64,000 nucleotides of DNA from Gammaproteobacteria bacterium (GTDB taxonomy: Bacteria; Pseudomonadota; Gammaproteobacteria; UBA4575), in the NCBI GenBank assembly GCA_965205275.1, contig OZ242168.1:756068-820067 (forward strand), written 5' to 3'. How positions within the stretch are numbered: the stretch's first letter is position 1; each line of letters starts with the position of its first letter. The notes under the pieces are model-generated. The model made no database searches, was not told the origin of the DNA, and was given only the letters and a program-made list of their open reading frames with translations. The position numbers were made by a program, and so were the translations under genes. This document shows, piece by piece, positions 52,549 through 63,600 of this stretch.

Positions 52549-53586
52549 TTATTTTTGCAGTTCTACATCATTGCCCAGCAAGACCGCAAGCCACCTCGTC
52601 CTGGGGCCACTCTCCAGAGCAAGCTTTGCCGTCATGGTCAAGGGCACCGATAAAAACATACCAACCGGCCCCAAAACCCATCCCCAGAAAACCAGTGACA
52701 GAAATACGACCAGCGTCGACAGCCCAACCTGCCGACCCAGCATCCTGGGCTCAATGACATTGCCAATCAGGACATTGATACCCGCATAGACTGCGGCGGA
52801 GAGTAAAGCTGCACCCGCACCTAACTGAATGAGCGCCAGCAGGACCGCCGGAACGGCTGCAATGATGGAGCCTATACTGGGGATGTAGTTAAAAAGAAAC
52901 GCAACAATTCCCCAAAGCAGTGGATAATCTACCCCGATAATGGCCAGCGCAACCGCTACCGCAAAACCTGTAGCAAGACTGGTAAGGGTCTTCATCGCCA
53001 GATACCGGTTGACATTATTGGCGATGGCCGTGAATACACTGAGCGACTTATCCGCATTGGGCAGTCCGGCCCGCAGCTTACGGGGCATGGAAGAGGTCTC
53101 GAATAATATAAATACCACTGTCAGCAGAATCAGGAATATATTCCCGAACACGGACCCCAGCCCATTCAGCATATCGGCTACCAGCTGCATGGCAGCACCC
53201 GGGTTCAGATAGCTGATCACAGTGTCTGTCGATATATTGATACCGTGCCGGCTCACCCAGGCGTTGAGTTGCACGAGCAGGCTGGAAAGGCGTTGCTGAT
53301 AGTGTGGCAGGTCCTCCGAGAACCCTTTGACCGAAGAGCCTATCAGGGCAGACAGCAGGATTACGGTCACAATAATGATGCCGAGCACAATGAGCATGGC
53401 CAGCCAGCGAGGCACCCGCTTGCCTCCCAGCCAAAGCAGAACCGGAGCACTGATGATTGCAATGAATACAGACAGCAGAAACGGAACTACCACTGCCTCG
53501 GCGGCACGCACGCCCGCCACCACCACCACAAAAGCGGCCAGCGTAATCAATATCGGCAAGCCAACCGGTCTAGATGAAATATCCAT
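52549..53586 (-). CDS. AI-2E family transporter (UPF0118/PerM-like)
   Basis: 345-aa polytopic membrane protein. C-terminal ...GPVGMFLSVPLT... region characteristic of the family. Confidence 0.75.
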   Translation of the reverse strand: MDISSRPVGLPILITLAAFVVVVAGVRAAEAVVVPFLLSVFIAIISAPVLLWLGGKRVPRWLAMLIVLGIIIVTVILLSALIGSSVKGFSEDLPHYQQRLSSLLVQLNAWVSRHGINISTDTVISYLNPGAAMQLVADMLNGLGSVFGNIFLILLTVVFILFETSSMPRKLRAGLPNADKSLSVFTAIANNVNRYLAMKTLTSLATGFAVAVALAIIGVDYPLLWGIVAFLFNYIPSIGSIIAAVPAVLLALIQLGAGAALLSAAVYAGINVLIGNVIEPRMLGRQVGLSTLVVFLSLVFWGWVLGPVGMFLSVPLTMTAKLALESGPRTRWLAVLLGNDVELQK

Positions 53587-53690
53587 GACAACTTGAAAGC
53601 AGGCGCCTGTCAGGCAACATCAAATCACTGTAAAGCGTGATGCCCGGTTCGTCTGATTCATAGCCGATCCATATCCTGTCAAGCAGATGG

Positions 53691-54803
53691 TCAGGTTGTC
53701 GGTGTATAACCACCGGAGACCCCGTTTTTGCTGAGTACCAGTTGCCACAACTGAATATCCCGGGCCCGGAAAGCCCCGGCGCAGCTCAGCAGATAATACT
53801 TCCACATTCGATAAAACTGTGTGCCATATTTTTTACTGATTTTCTTCCAGCTGGAGTCAAAGTTGCCAAACCAGGCCATAAGGGTCTTATCGTAATCCAC
53901 ACCAAAATTATGAAAGTCTTCCAGTACGAAATGCTTCTCCATAGCATGACTGATATCTTTCATAGATGGCAGCATGCCATTCGGAAATATGTACTTGTTG
54001 ATCCATGGGTTGGGTGAATGACGGGTTTTCGGTGCGCCGATCGTCTGCATCAGGAAAATGCCCCCCTCCTTAAGACAGCGTGAGACAACCTGCATGTATT
54101 TCTCGTAATTTTTCAGGCCAACGTGTTCAAACATGCCCAATGAAATAATGTGATCAAATTTTTCATCAAGCTGACGATAGTCCTGGAGCCTGATCTCTAC
54201 CGGCAGTCCCGAACAGTTCTGTTTTGCGAACTCGGCCTGCTCTTTGGAAATCGTAATGCCCACAGATTCAGTGCCATAGTTTTCGGCTGCAAATTTCAAA
54301 AAGCTGCCCCACCCACAGCCAATATCCAGAATACGCTGATGGTTCTCAAGTCCAAGCTTGCGGCACACCAGGTCCAGTTTGTCTTCCTGAGCCTGATCCA
54401 GATCGGTCGCTTTTCTCCAGTACCCGCAAGTGTAGGTCAGGCGCTTGTCCAGCATCAGGTCAAACAGGTCATTCCCGATGTCATAATGTGCCTGACCCAC
54501 CTGAAATGCACGCTGCATGCTTTGCAAATTAAATATCCTTGACTGCAGGACCAACAAGATCACCCTGGGGTCCCTGATTTTGGAATCAAGTCTGGCCGAC
54601 AAAACCCTATAGAAAAACTGGTCCAGAGCCTTTGCATCCCACCATTGATCCATATAGGACTCGCCCAGTCCTAACACACCCTTGGCAAACACGCGCTGGT
54701 AAAAACGTTCATCGTGAACCTGTATGTCCCATTCACGCTTGCCGTTGATTTCTATATTTGCTTCGGCCAGCAGATGCTGTGCTTTTGTACGGAACGATCT
54801 CAC
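53691..54803 (-). CDS. cfa: cyclopropane-fatty-acyl-phospholipid synthase
   Basis: SAM-binding ILDIGCGWGSF... and ...ISLGMFEHVG... motifs. 370 aa. Confidence 0.85.
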   Translation of the reverse strand: MRSFRTKAQHLLAEANIEINGKREWDIQVHDERFYQRVFAKGVLGLGESYMDQWWDAKALDQFFYRVLSARLDSKIRDPRVILLVLQSRIFNLQSMQRAFQVGQAHYDIGNDLFDLMLDKRLTYTCGYWRKATDLDQAQEDKLDLVCRKLGLENHQRILDIGCGWGSFLKFAAENYGTESVGITISKEQAEFAKQNCSGLPVEIRLQDYRQLDEKFDHIISLGMFEHVGLKNYEKYMQVVSRCLKEGGIFLMQTIGAPKTRHSPNPWINKYIFPNGMLPSMKDISHAMEKHFVLEDFHNFGVDYDKTLMAWFGNFDSSWKKISKKYGTQFYRMWKYYLLSCAGAFRARDIQLWQLVLSKNGVSGGYTPTT

Positions 54804-55283
54804 GCCTGCGGGTTACCTGAATATTGGTTTAAGGAGGATGGATTTCTTTTCTCATCGATTATTCAAGCTGTGCACCATCGAGCCAATGCCGGTTATAATA
54901 AGCCATTCCCCCTGTCTGTGCTAAACAATTTATGTCCAAGCACAATTCCACAGCCTGCCCCTTCAATCCTGCAATGACCCAGAAGCTTGCGCCGGCTCAC
55001 AGCTCCATTGCCTCCAAAACCTTATCCTCACTTTGTCTCCTGCAGTCATCCTGCACACCTCATCCGGCATCTCTTTGAGGCCCTGTAAAAACCGGCAGTT
55101 TAGGCGTTACCGACAAAGATTCATAATTTACTTGGTAATTGTAGCGTTTTTTCTTACAATACGCTGGTCTGGCATGCCGCAGCAGGGGTTGAATGAATTT
55201 TTGACCCTCAAATGAGAGGTACTGGATGCTGTGGTATACGCCAATGAACGAATCGTGATCATCAATTTCAAATAACTTCGGAG

Positions 55284-55610
55284 TTGGAAAATATGCTAGC
55301 AAAGAAACTTCTTTATTCTGCAGCCTGTGCTTTAGCAATCGGTTTTACCACAGGGTGTCAGATCACACCTGCACCTGTAGCCCCTGTTGATCCTATACCA
55401 GAGCTGCGTGCTATCGCTGAAGAGGCACTGCGCACTGCCAATACCGCCGCATACGATGCAGCGACTGCCAAGGAAATGGCCCTTACAAATCAGGAAGCTG
55501 TAGATTCTGCTCAGGAAACTGCAAACTCTGCCATAGCCTGCTGTGATGCAAACTCTCGCCGCATGAATCGTATGTTCCATGAATCTATGGGTTCAAAGAA
55601 TTCAAAATAA
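55284..55610 (+). CDS. alanine-rich lipoprotein (Lpp-like)
   Basis: Signal peptide with lipobox (...FTTGC). Ala-rich helical repeat region. Confidence 0.5.
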   Translation: MENMLAKKLLYSAACALAIGFTTGCQITPAPVAPVDPIPELRAIAEEALRTANTAAYDAATAKEMALTNQEAVDSAQETANSAIACCDANSRRMNRMFHESMGSKNSK

Positions 55611-55640
55611 CCAGTACCTGCATTACAACGCATTGAAAAA

Positions 55641-55672
55641 GGGCTCGCTGCCATGCGAGCCCTTGTATTTTA
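55641..55672. terminator. rho-independent terminator hairpin between convergent genes
   Basis: gggctcgc-tgccat-gcgagccc (8-bp GC-rich stem, 6-nt loop) followed by ttgtatttta. Lies between the lipoprotein gene (+) and the L,D-transpeptidase gene (-). Confidence 0.6.
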
Positions 55673-55704
55673 TATGCTCTTGATCAAAGACAGTCTGCTC
55701 GGCA

Positions 55705-56667
55705 TTACTGTCTTGTGCCAACGGCGGTAGGCAGACCCGTTTTATTTTCAGCCAGATGTCTGGCCAGTTCCCAGTTCACTTCATAGTCCTGGCTGCTTTC
55801 GGTCACACCGATAACGGCGCGTACAAACCGGGTCAGATCGTATGAACCGGCTTTACTTTCATCTTCCCTGTCAGGATGCATTTCCGCATACAGCCTGCCC
55901 TGATGCCAGGCCAGCTTGTAAGGCTGACTGACAATGGTGACCGGTGTATTGGCAGACACCCGGTCGAACAGGTCTTCGATGTCATCAGGGTGCAACCGTA
56001 TACATCCATGTGTCACCTTCATTCCGATACCTCTGGGTTCGTTGGTGCCATGAATGACATAGCCAGGCAAGGCTGTATACAAGGCAAACCTGCCTAGTGG
56101 ATTGTCCGGGCCAGGCGGAACAGACTCCGCCAAAAAGCGGCCCTCTTGCGCATGCTCGCTGCGGATGGATTCCGGAGGATACCAGGTGGGATCCTTCTTT
56201 TTCCTAATAATCCGTGTTCGGGCACGAGGCGTGTTCCAGCCCTGCCGGCCAATGCTGATCGGATAGGTGTCAACATATTCAGGTGTACCTCCAGGATTTT
56301 CCGGGTAGTAATACAAACGCATTTCAGCCAGATTCAGCACCAGGCCTTCCCGTTTGCCGTCAGGCAAAATGTATTGCGTAGGAAGCACGATCTGTGTGCC
56401 TTCACCTGGCAGCCATGGGTCCACAGCGGGGTTGGCAATCACCAGTTCTTGAAAACCGATACCAAACTTTCTCGCAAGCGCGAGAAAGGTATCCTCATAC
56501 TGCGCGCTGACAATGACCACCTGTCCGACAATCGGCTCTGTCCCTGAAGAAAGCCAGTAACGTTCTGCATGCCCGAACGGTATCCAGGCAAGGTACAGGG
56601 CAGTCAAAAAAACAAGATTTCTCATGAAGTTTACACCAGTAGCCATAGTATCAGGATTACATTGCAC
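55705..56667 (-). CDS. L,D-transpeptidase (YkuD/ErfK family) with N-terminal LysM
   Basis: Catalytic ...HGTNEPRGIGMKVTHGCIRLHPDD... with active-site Cys. LysM-like N-terminal segment. Signal peptide. Confidence 0.8.
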   Translation of the reverse strand: MQCNPDTMATGVNFMRNLVFLTALYLAWIPFGHAERYWLSSGTEPIVGQVVIVSAQYEDTFLALARKFGIGFQELVIANPAVDPWLPGEGTQIVLPTQYILPDGKREGLVLNLAEMRLYYYPENPGGTPEYVDTYPISIGRQGWNTPRARTRIIRKKKDPTWYPPESIRSEHAQEGRFLAESVPPGPDNPLGRFALYTALPGYVIHGTNEPRGIGMKVTHGCIRLHPDDIEDLFDRVSANTPVTIVSQPYKLAWHQGRLYAEMHPDREDESKAGSYDLTRFVRAVIGVTESSQDYEVNWELARHLAENKTGLPTAVGTRQ

Positions 56668-56715
56668 GGGGGTGGGGCCTGCAGCATAGATGCAACAGAC
56701 CGGTGCATCGAATGC

Positions 56716-58071
56716 CTAGTTGATCACTGCATGCTCAATTCCACGCTCAGCTACATCGACCAGCATCCGGATTTCTTCCGTAGTGATTATATAGGGAGGC
56801 ATGAAATATACCACATTACCCAAAGGCCTGAGCAGGACTCCGTTTTCCAGACCATACCGATATACCTCAAGGCCACGTCGCTGCTGCCAGGGAAAGGGTT
56901 CTTTTGTAGCCCTGTCTTTAACCAGTTCAATGGCTGTGATCATGCCGCATTGGCGGACATCACCCACATTCGGATGATCCGTAAATCTTGCGCACTGGCG
57001 TGCAAATTCCCGACTCAACTCCCGGTTGGCCTCGATTACATTTTCTTCCCTGAAAATATCAAGCGTAGCAAGTGCCGCTGCACAACCGAGTGCATTTCCG
57101 GTGTAGCTGTGCGAGTGCATGAATGCATTCAGGTTTTCATACTCATCATAAAAGGCCTCATACACCTGGTCCGTAGCGAGGACCACTGAAAGAGGCAGAT
57201 AGCCACCGGTCAGCGCCTTGGACAGACACATGAAATCAGGAGCGATGCCGGCCTGCTCACAGGCAAACATCGTGCCTGTACGGCCGAACCCTACCGCAAT
57301 TTCATCGGCAATCAGATGCACCCCGTAGGCATCACAAGCCTCGCGCAACAGGCTCAGGTACTCCGGGGCATACATACGCATCCCCCCCGCACACTGTACA
57401 AGCGGTTCAACAATCACCGCACACACCTCTTCATGGTGGTTTTGCAGTATCACTTCCATTTTCAGAAACATGCGTCTGGCATAGTCTTGTGCGGTCTCTC
57501 CGGGTTCGCAATTAAAGCTGTCCGGGCTTGGTGCAGTAATGGTATCCAGCAGCAACGGCTTATAGACTTCCCTGAACAATGCCACGTCCCCCATGGACAG
57601 TGCGCCCAGGGTTTCACCATGATAGGAGTTGCTGAGATTGATAAACCGGGTCTTCTGCTCCTGACCTTTGTTTTTCCAGTAATGAAAGCTCATTTTGATT
57701 GCAACCTCAACGGCTGAGGAACCGTTGTCGGCATAAAAACATCTTGACAATGGTTTGGGTGTGATCTCGATGAGTTGCTCGGACAGGCGGATCACGGGTT
57801 CATGTGAGCACCCGGCAAGCAGGACATGTTCGATCTGGTCCAGTTGCTGTCTGACGGCCTGATTGATTCTTTCATTACAGTGACCAAATATATTGACCCA
57901 CCAGGAACTGATTGCATCGAGGTAGCGGTTGCCGTCAAAATCTTCCAGCCAGACGCCTTGGGCTTTTTTGACAGGCAATACAGGCAGGAATTCATGATCC
58001 TTCATCTGCGTGCACGGGTGCCATATTGAGGCCAGGTCTCTTTGTCTTAGATCTGAAGAATCGATAGTCAT
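56716..58071 (-). CDS. bioA: adenosylmethionine-8-amino-7-oxononanoate aminotransferase
   Basis: Class-III aminotransferase, 451 aa. ...WHPCTQM... and ...SSWWVNIFGH... motifs characteristic of BioA. PLP lysine region present. Confidence 0.75.
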   Translation of the reverse strand: MTIDSSDLRQRDLASIWHPCTQMKDHEFLPVLPVKKAQGVWLEDFDGNRYLDAISSWWVNIFGHCNERINQAVRQQLDQIEHVLLAGCSHEPVIRLSEQLIEITPKPLSRCFYADNGSSAVEVAIKMSFHYWKNKGQEQKTRFINLSNSYHGETLGALSMGDVALFREVYKPLLLDTITAPSPDSFNCEPGETAQDYARRMFLKMEVILQNHHEEVCAVIVEPLVQCAGGMRMYAPEYLSLLREACDAYGVHLIADEIAVGFGRTGTMFACEQAGIAPDFMCLSKALTGGYLPLSVVLATDQVYEAFYDEYENLNAFMHSHSYTGNALGCAAALATLDIFREENVIEANRELSREFARQCARFTDHPNVGDVRQCGMITAIELVKDRATKEPFPWQQRRGLEVYRYGLENGVLLRPLGNVVYFMPPYIITTEEIRMLVDVAERGIEHAVIN

Positions 58072-58113
58072 AGCGGCTTGTAAGTTACACTTTATTTCAT
58101 GCTACTCTAACGC

Positions 58114-59247
58114 ATGCATCGCAATTGGGCACATGAATTCCCGCATCGACCGGGACTTGTACATTTAAACCATGCTGGCGTTGCACCCTGGCCTGAACGT
58201 ACTGCGAAGGCTGTAGCTGCATTCGCCAGTGAAAACGCCCGTCACGGCACTGAAAACATTTCAAAGTGGAAAAAGACAGAATCCGGGTTACGCCATGCAT
58301 GCCAGCAGCTCATTCATGCAGAAAGTGTCGACGATATAGCCTTGATCAAAAACACGTCCGAAGGGCTTTCCATGGTGGCATACGGGATTCCTTGGAAGAA
58401 ACACGAAAATATCGTGTTTGCACAGCAGGAATTCCCTTCCAACCGGGTTCTCTGGCAATCGCTGCAGATGCGCTTTGGGGTTGAAGCAAGATGCATCGAT
58501 TTATACCAGACCCCTGTCCCTGAGGATGCACTATTCAGACACGTGGATAAAAATACGCGCCTGATCTCGGTAAGCGCTGTCCAGTATGACACGGGCCTGC
58601 ATATGAACCTTGCCAGAATCAGCGAATTTTGCCAGACCCGGGGAATTCTGCTTTGCATTGATGCCATACAGATGCTCGGGGCGATGCCCTTTGACTTGAC
58701 CCGGACTCCCGCAGATTTCGTCATTGCGGACAGTCACAAGTGGCTGCTGGGCCCGGAAGGGATTGGCCTGTTTTACTGCAACCCCGAAGTACGTGATCAG
58801 TTACGCCTCAATCAGTTTGGGTGGCACATGCTGAAAAATACAGACAATTACGAGGCCCTGGAGTGGCAGCCCGCAGCGGATGCACGGCGCTTTGAATGCG
58901 GCAGCCTGAATCATCTGGGTATTCATGCCATGTATGCGAGCCTGTGCCTGCTGCTTGAAATTCAAATTGGAAATATACATGAGATAATATCTTCAAATAT
59001 CTCTTATCTATATGAAAAATGTAGAAAAAATAGCTTGAAGGTGGTCAGCAATATGGAGCAGCCCAGGCGTTCCGGCATCTTCACCCTGCAGCGTCCTGAA
59101 GTGGACAATTACAAACTGTTCAGGTTTCTGCTGGACTCGGGGGTGCTGTGTGCGTACCGATGCGCGGGCATCCGGTTTTCGCCGCACTTTTATACGTGCC
59201 AGAACGATATCGATCAGGCGCTTGAACTGACCTGCGAATATGTATAA
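58114..59247 (+). CDS. class-V aminotransferase-fold PLP-dependent enzyme (cysteine desulfurase/SufS-like family)
   Basis: 377 aa. ...HLNHAGVAPWP..., ...SHKWLLGPEGIG... with the PLP-lysine context. Confidence 0.6.
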   Translation: MHRNWAHEFPHRPGLVHLNHAGVAPWPERTAKAVAAFASENARHGTENISKWKKTESGLRHACQQLIHAESVDDIALIKNTSEGLSMVAYGIPWKKHENIVFAQQEFPSNRVLWQSLQMRFGVEARCIDLYQTPVPEDALFRHVDKNTRLISVSAVQYDTGLHMNLARISEFCQTRGILLCIDAIQMLGAMPFDLTRTPADFVIADSHKWLLGPEGIGLFYCNPEVRDQLRLNQFGWHMLKNTDNYEALEWQPAADARRFECGSLNHLGIHAMYASLCLLLEIQIGNIHEIISSNISYLYEKCRKNSLKVVSNMEQPRRSGIFTLQRPEVDNYKLFRFLLDSGVLCAYRCAGIRFSPHFYTCQNDIDQALELTCEYV

Positions 59248-59285
59248 TCCGTTTTTCCCTTGAATAACCTTCCGGCACGCACCCC

Positions 59286-60572
59286 ATGACCCAGCCTGCA
59301 GTATATATAATCGACGGCAGTCGATCGCCATTTCTCAAGGCACGGGGACGACCGGGTCCCTTTCAGGCATCTGACCTGGCGGTGGCCTCAGCCTTGCCCC
59401 TGCTCATGCGCCAGCCCTTTTACCCAAAAGAGCTGGATGAAGTCATTGTAGGTGCAGTGGCACCCGGCGCTGATGAGGCCAACATTGCACGTATTATTGC
59501 ACTGCGCCTGGGTTGTGGCCATAAGGTGCCTGCCTGGACCGTGCAACGCAACTGCGCTTCAGGTATGCAGGCAATTGATTCTGCTTTCGCTGACCTGCTG
59601 CTTGGACGTTCGGAGCTGGTCCTGGCAGGGGGAGCCGAGGCCATGAGTCATTCACCGGTGCTGTACAACCGTCACATGGTGAACTGGCTGGCGGACATGA
59701 ACCGCTCAAAATCCGTATGGCAAAAAATCCAGACACTCATAAACCTCAGGCCCGGATTTTTCGCACCGGTTGTTGCACTGTTGAAGGGCCTGACCGACCC
59801 TGTCGTCGGATTATCCATGGGACAGACCGCCGAGAATCTGGTGCATCGATTCAGAATCTCCAGGGCCGAAATGGACCGTTATGCCGCAACAAGCCATCAG
59901 CGTCTGATGCATGCGCAAACAAGCGGTTACCTGGAGGAAATCGAGACAGTTTATGACAGCCAGGGGGCATTCTATGATCAGGATGACGGGGTAAGACCGG
60001 ACTCAAGTATAGAAAAGCTGGCCCGCCTGCGGCCTGCATTTGACAGGGAGTTTGGCAATGTTACGGCCGGCAACAGCGCACAGATCACAGACGGTGCCGC
60101 CTGGGTGATCCTGGCAAGTGAGGCTGCGGTCAAAAAACACAACCTGTCGCCTGTTGGGCGCATCCTGGCCTCTGGCTGGGCAGCACTGGACCCGGCGCAG
60201 ATGGGGCTTGGTCCGGTGCACGCCACCGCTGCAATGCTGTCGAGAGAAAACCTGGGCGTTGCGGACATTGACTACTGGGAAATCAATGAAGCCTTTGCCG
60301 CACAGGTACTCGCCTGTCTGGCGGCGTTCAAGGACGATGGGTATTGCCAAACCGAGTTGGGTCTGGACAAGGCTTTTGGCGAGATTCCTCATGAACGGCT
60401 TAATGTAGACGGAGGTGCAATCAGCATCGGTCATCCCGTAGGCGCCAGCGGTACAAGAATTGTGCTCCATCTTCTGAAAGTGCTGCAGCGCAATCATGCA
60501 AGGCTGGGGGTAGCGACGCTTTGTATCGGGGGCGGACAGGGTGGCGCGATGTTGGTAGAAAACCTTCAGTAA
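59286..60572 (+). CDS. fadI: acetyl-CoA C-acyltransferase (thiolase), FadI-like
   Basis: 428 aa. Thiolase catalytic Cys region ...VQRNCASGMQAI..., C-terminal ...NVDGGAISIGHPVGASG... and ...LCIGGGQGGAML... Upstream of the fadJ-like gene. Confidence 0.8.
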   Translation: MTQPAVYIIDGSRSPFLKARGRPGPFQASDLAVASALPLLMRQPFYPKELDEVIVGAVAPGADEANIARIIALRLGCGHKVPAWTVQRNCASGMQAIDSAFADLLLGRSELVLAGGAEAMSHSPVLYNRHMVNWLADMNRSKSVWQKIQTLINLRPGFFAPVVALLKGLTDPVVGLSMGQTAENLVHRFRISRAEMDRYAATSHQRLMHAQTSGYLEEIETVYDSQGAFYDQDDGVRPDSSIEKLARLRPAFDREFGNVTAGNSAQITDGAAWVILASEAAVKKHNLSPVGRILASGWAALDPAQMGLGPVHATAAMLSRENLGVADIDYWEINEAFAAQVLACLAAFKDDGYCQTELGLDKAFGEIPHERLNVDGGAISIGHPVGASGTRIVLHLLKVLQRNHARLGVATLCIGGGQGGAMLVENLQ

Positions 60573-60573
60573 G

Positions 60574-62634
60574 GTGAATTTCATGTCTAATCAATATCTG
60601 AACTGGACCGTTGCTCACAACAGCAGCGATGTGGTCTGGCTGAGGCTGGACGTAGCAGGCAGCCGTACCAACATCCTGTCTGAGCCGGTTCTCGGTGAAC
60701 TTCGACAGATCCTGGAGCGGCTGGCAAAAGAGACCCCTTCAGGGGTCGCTGTGATTTCCGGTAAAAGCAAGGGATTCATTGCAGGGGCCGATATAAAAGA
60801 GTTTGCTGAAATCACCAGTACACAGCAGGCGCTGGGGAAAATCCGGACAGGCCAGTGCATTATGAACCAGCTTGATCAACTGACCTGCCCCACCATCGCG
60901 GTTATCAATGGATTCTGTTTCGGTGGCGGCCTGGAGCTTGCACTGGCCTGTGATTATCGGATCGCACAGGATGATCCGGATACACATTTTTCTTTTCCGG
61001 AAGTAAAACTGGGCATTCATCCGGGGTACGGAGGAACCGTCCGGGTCCTGCGTTACGTAAATCCGCTCATTGCGATGGACCTAATGCTGACAGGGCGCAG
61101 CATCAATGCGAGGCGTGCCAAAAAAATCGGTTTGATCGATCATATTGTACCGGAGCGGCAGCTGGAAAATGCAGCACACCAGCTTCTTTTGAAGCCACCT
61201 TTGAAACACCGGGCACCGAGACTTGCAAAACTGCTCAACAGTCGCCCTGCCCGTTCGCTTATCGCAACCCAGATGCGCAAGCGAATCTCCAGGAAAGCAC
61301 TGCCCGAACATTATCCTGCACCGTATGCCCTAGTCCGCCACTGGTCCGAACATTACGGCATAGAAGAAAAAATGATGCAACACGAAGCAGATTCTGTTGC
61401 AAAACTCAGTGTGAGCAGCGCATCAAAAAACCTGGTACGCACTTTTATGCTGTCCAAAAAACTCAAGGGGCTTGCCAACCGTGAATCCGCCCCGGTAAGT
61501 CACGTGCATGTAATCGGCGCAGGCGTTATGGGTGGTGATATTGCGGCATGGTGTGTACACAAGGGTTTAACCGTTACCCTGCAGGACATCCGGGCAGAAA
61601 GTCTGGCCCAGGCCAGGAAGCGTGCCGGGCAGTACTTTAACAAGCAGCTTAAAAACCGGTTATTGGTCAAAAGCGCGATGGACCGCTACATTCCCGATAT
61701 GCAGGGCAATGGACTTGGCAAGGCCGACGTCATCATCGAAGCTGTGTTCGAAAACAAGGAAGCCAAACAGGCACTGTATGCCTCGATCGAGCCCAGAATA
61801 AAAAAAGAGGCCCTGCTGGCTACCAACACGTCCAGTATCGAGATTGAAAAACTTTGTGATGCCCTTGCAGATCCTGCCCGTCTGGTAGGCATACATTTTT
61901 TCAATCCAGTTACGAAGATGCCGTTGATTGAAATTGTCAATGGCGCCCGGACGGCCCCGGAAGTTTTGCAACGTGCAATCAATTTTACCCGGCAGATTGA
62001 CAAGCTTCCGTTACCTGTAAAAAGTGCTCCGGGATTCCTGGTCAACCGAATCTTGACACCCTATCTGGTGGAGGCCGGTCTGCTCAGGGAGGCTGGCACT
62101 TCAACGGCTGAAATTGATCAGGCTGCGGTAAGATTTGGTATGCCCATGGGACCTTTGGAGCTTGTCGATACTGTAGGACTGGATATCGGTCTGCATGTTG
62201 CCGAGTGCCTGGACCTCGCATACGGATTTGGTGTCCCGGAATTGTTTAGAACCCTGGTTCAAAGCGGGAATCTGGGCAGAAAATCCGGACAAGGGTTTTA
62301 TACGTGGAAACAGGGCAAAAAGGTTCCCGGTACACGCAGGCCATCAGCCAGTCATGCTGAATCCATACAGGACCGCCTGGTGTTAAGGTTTATAAACGAA
62401 GCCGTTGCCTGCCTTCGCGAAAAGATCGTTGCAGACAAGGATTTTCTCGACGCAGGGATTATTTTCGGTACAGGGTTTGCCCCATTCCGGGGAGGCCCGA
62501 TGCAGTATATTGACTCAAAGAGAGCCGCCACATTGCTTGAGACGCTAGGCTCGTTGCAAAAACAGTTTGGAGACCGATTCCAACCGGACCCTGGCTGGCA
62601 GGGCCTGAACTCTGGGTCCGGGTCTGAAAGCTGA
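60574..62634 (+). CDS. fadJ: fatty-acid oxidation complex alpha subunit (enoyl-CoA hydratase / 3-hydroxyacyl-CoA dehydrogenase), FadJ-like
   Basis: 686 aa. N-terminal crotonase fold (...FIAGADI...FGGGLELALACD...). Central NAD-binding VIGAGVMGGDIA and the dehydrogenase C-terminal domain. Confidence 0.8.
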   Translation: MNFMSNQYLNWTVAHNSSDVVWLRLDVAGSRTNILSEPVLGELRQILERLAKETPSGVAVISGKSKGFIAGADIKEFAEITSTQQALGKIRTGQCIMNQLDQLTCPTIAVINGFCFGGGLELALACDYRIAQDDPDTHFSFPEVKLGIHPGYGGTVRVLRYVNPLIAMDLMLTGRSINARRAKKIGLIDHIVPERQLENAAHQLLLKPPLKHRAPRLAKLLNSRPARSLIATQMRKRISRKALPEHYPAPYALVRHWSEHYGIEEKMMQHEADSVAKLSVSSASKNLVRTFMLSKKLKGLANRESAPVSHVHVIGAGVMGGDIAAWCVHKGLTVTLQDIRAESLAQARKRAGQYFNKQLKNRLLVKSAMDRYIPDMQGNGLGKADVIIEAVFENKEAKQALYASIEPRIKKEALLATNTSSIEIEKLCDALADPARLVGIHFFNPVTKMPLIEIVNGARTAPEVLQRAINFTRQIDKLPLPVKSAPGFLVNRILTPYLVEAGLLREAGTSTAEIDQAAVRFGMPMGPLELVDTVGLDIGLHVAECLDLAYGFGVPELFRTLVQSGNLGRKSGQGFYTWKQGKKVPGTRRPSASHAESIQDRLVLRFINEAVACLREKIVADKDFLDAGIIFGTGFAPFRGGPMQYIDSKRAATLLETLGSLQKQFGDRFQPDPGWQGLNSGSGSES

Positions 62635-62655
62635 TACGCCAGCTCAGGTCATGTA

Positions 62656-62916
62656 TTAACGTCGACCCTTGTCTGTACGCGGACGCGCCTCATTCACTCT
62701 GACATTGCGCCCCTGCACATTGGTTTCATTCAATGCATTGATTGCACTTTCACCATGGGCCTTGTCTGGCATCTCAATAAAGCCGAATCCCTTGGATCGG
62801 CCAGATTCCCTGTCCATGATGATACTCGCACTCGATACTTCGCCGTGAGCGGCAAACAACTCGCGCAACTCATCTTCAGAGATGGTGTAAGGTAAATTAC
62901 CAATATAAATATTCAT
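62656..62916 (-). CDS. RNA-recognition-motif (RRM) RNA-binding protein
   Basis: 86 aa. RNP-2 IYIGNL and RNP-1 KGFGFIEM motifs. Gly/Arg-rich tail. Confidence 0.8.
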   Translation of the reverse strand: MNIYIGNLPYTISEDELRELFAAHGEVSSASIIMDRESGRSKGFGFIEMPDKAHGESAINALNETNVQGRNVRVNEARPRTDKGRR

Positions 62917-63600
62917 TCTTTCTCCTAAACATGTGTGCTGTGAGTAATAACACCATCAAAAAACCAGCACACGAGTTAATTGATGATGATCAGATATTGT
63001 CCGGCTGAGCAGGCCTGCTTATACAACTCGCATGACTAACTAAAATACAAAAACTCTGGGGAACAATAGATCAAGGAAATTTCTTTAGATACGGATACGA
63101 ATACGAACAGGATAAATGAGGCTCGATATTACATCAAACCTGCAGCATGACCTTCATAGAAACCGGAACCCACACATAAAAATTATTCTATACGCCTGTA
63201 TTAACTACAGGTAAAAAACTGATTACTCATTCCATAATGCACGAAAAACCTGGAAGTGTCCATACATTTACAAAACAACATTTACAAAACTGTAAGCATT
63301 TTCCAACAAGAGATCAACCTGAAGCGGCAGGTTTTGGGATCATTCGAGGATGATCGTGAACCTATATACTCCCAACGACTCCAGAGTCCGGACGAGGTAC
63401 CTGGGCTTTTCTGGCAGGCAACGTTCCCCTGGACTTCGAAGTCTCTTCCCGAAAAAAACCCATGACTGGGTTGAAGCTTCCCTTCGACCACTCAGGTACG
63501 TACACCGGGGCAAGACCGACAAGGGGGTTATTCTCGAACATGACATTCAGAAGCTGGCACTGGTTGCAGTACGCTGCGGGAAAGTCTGGTGGATACCTTA

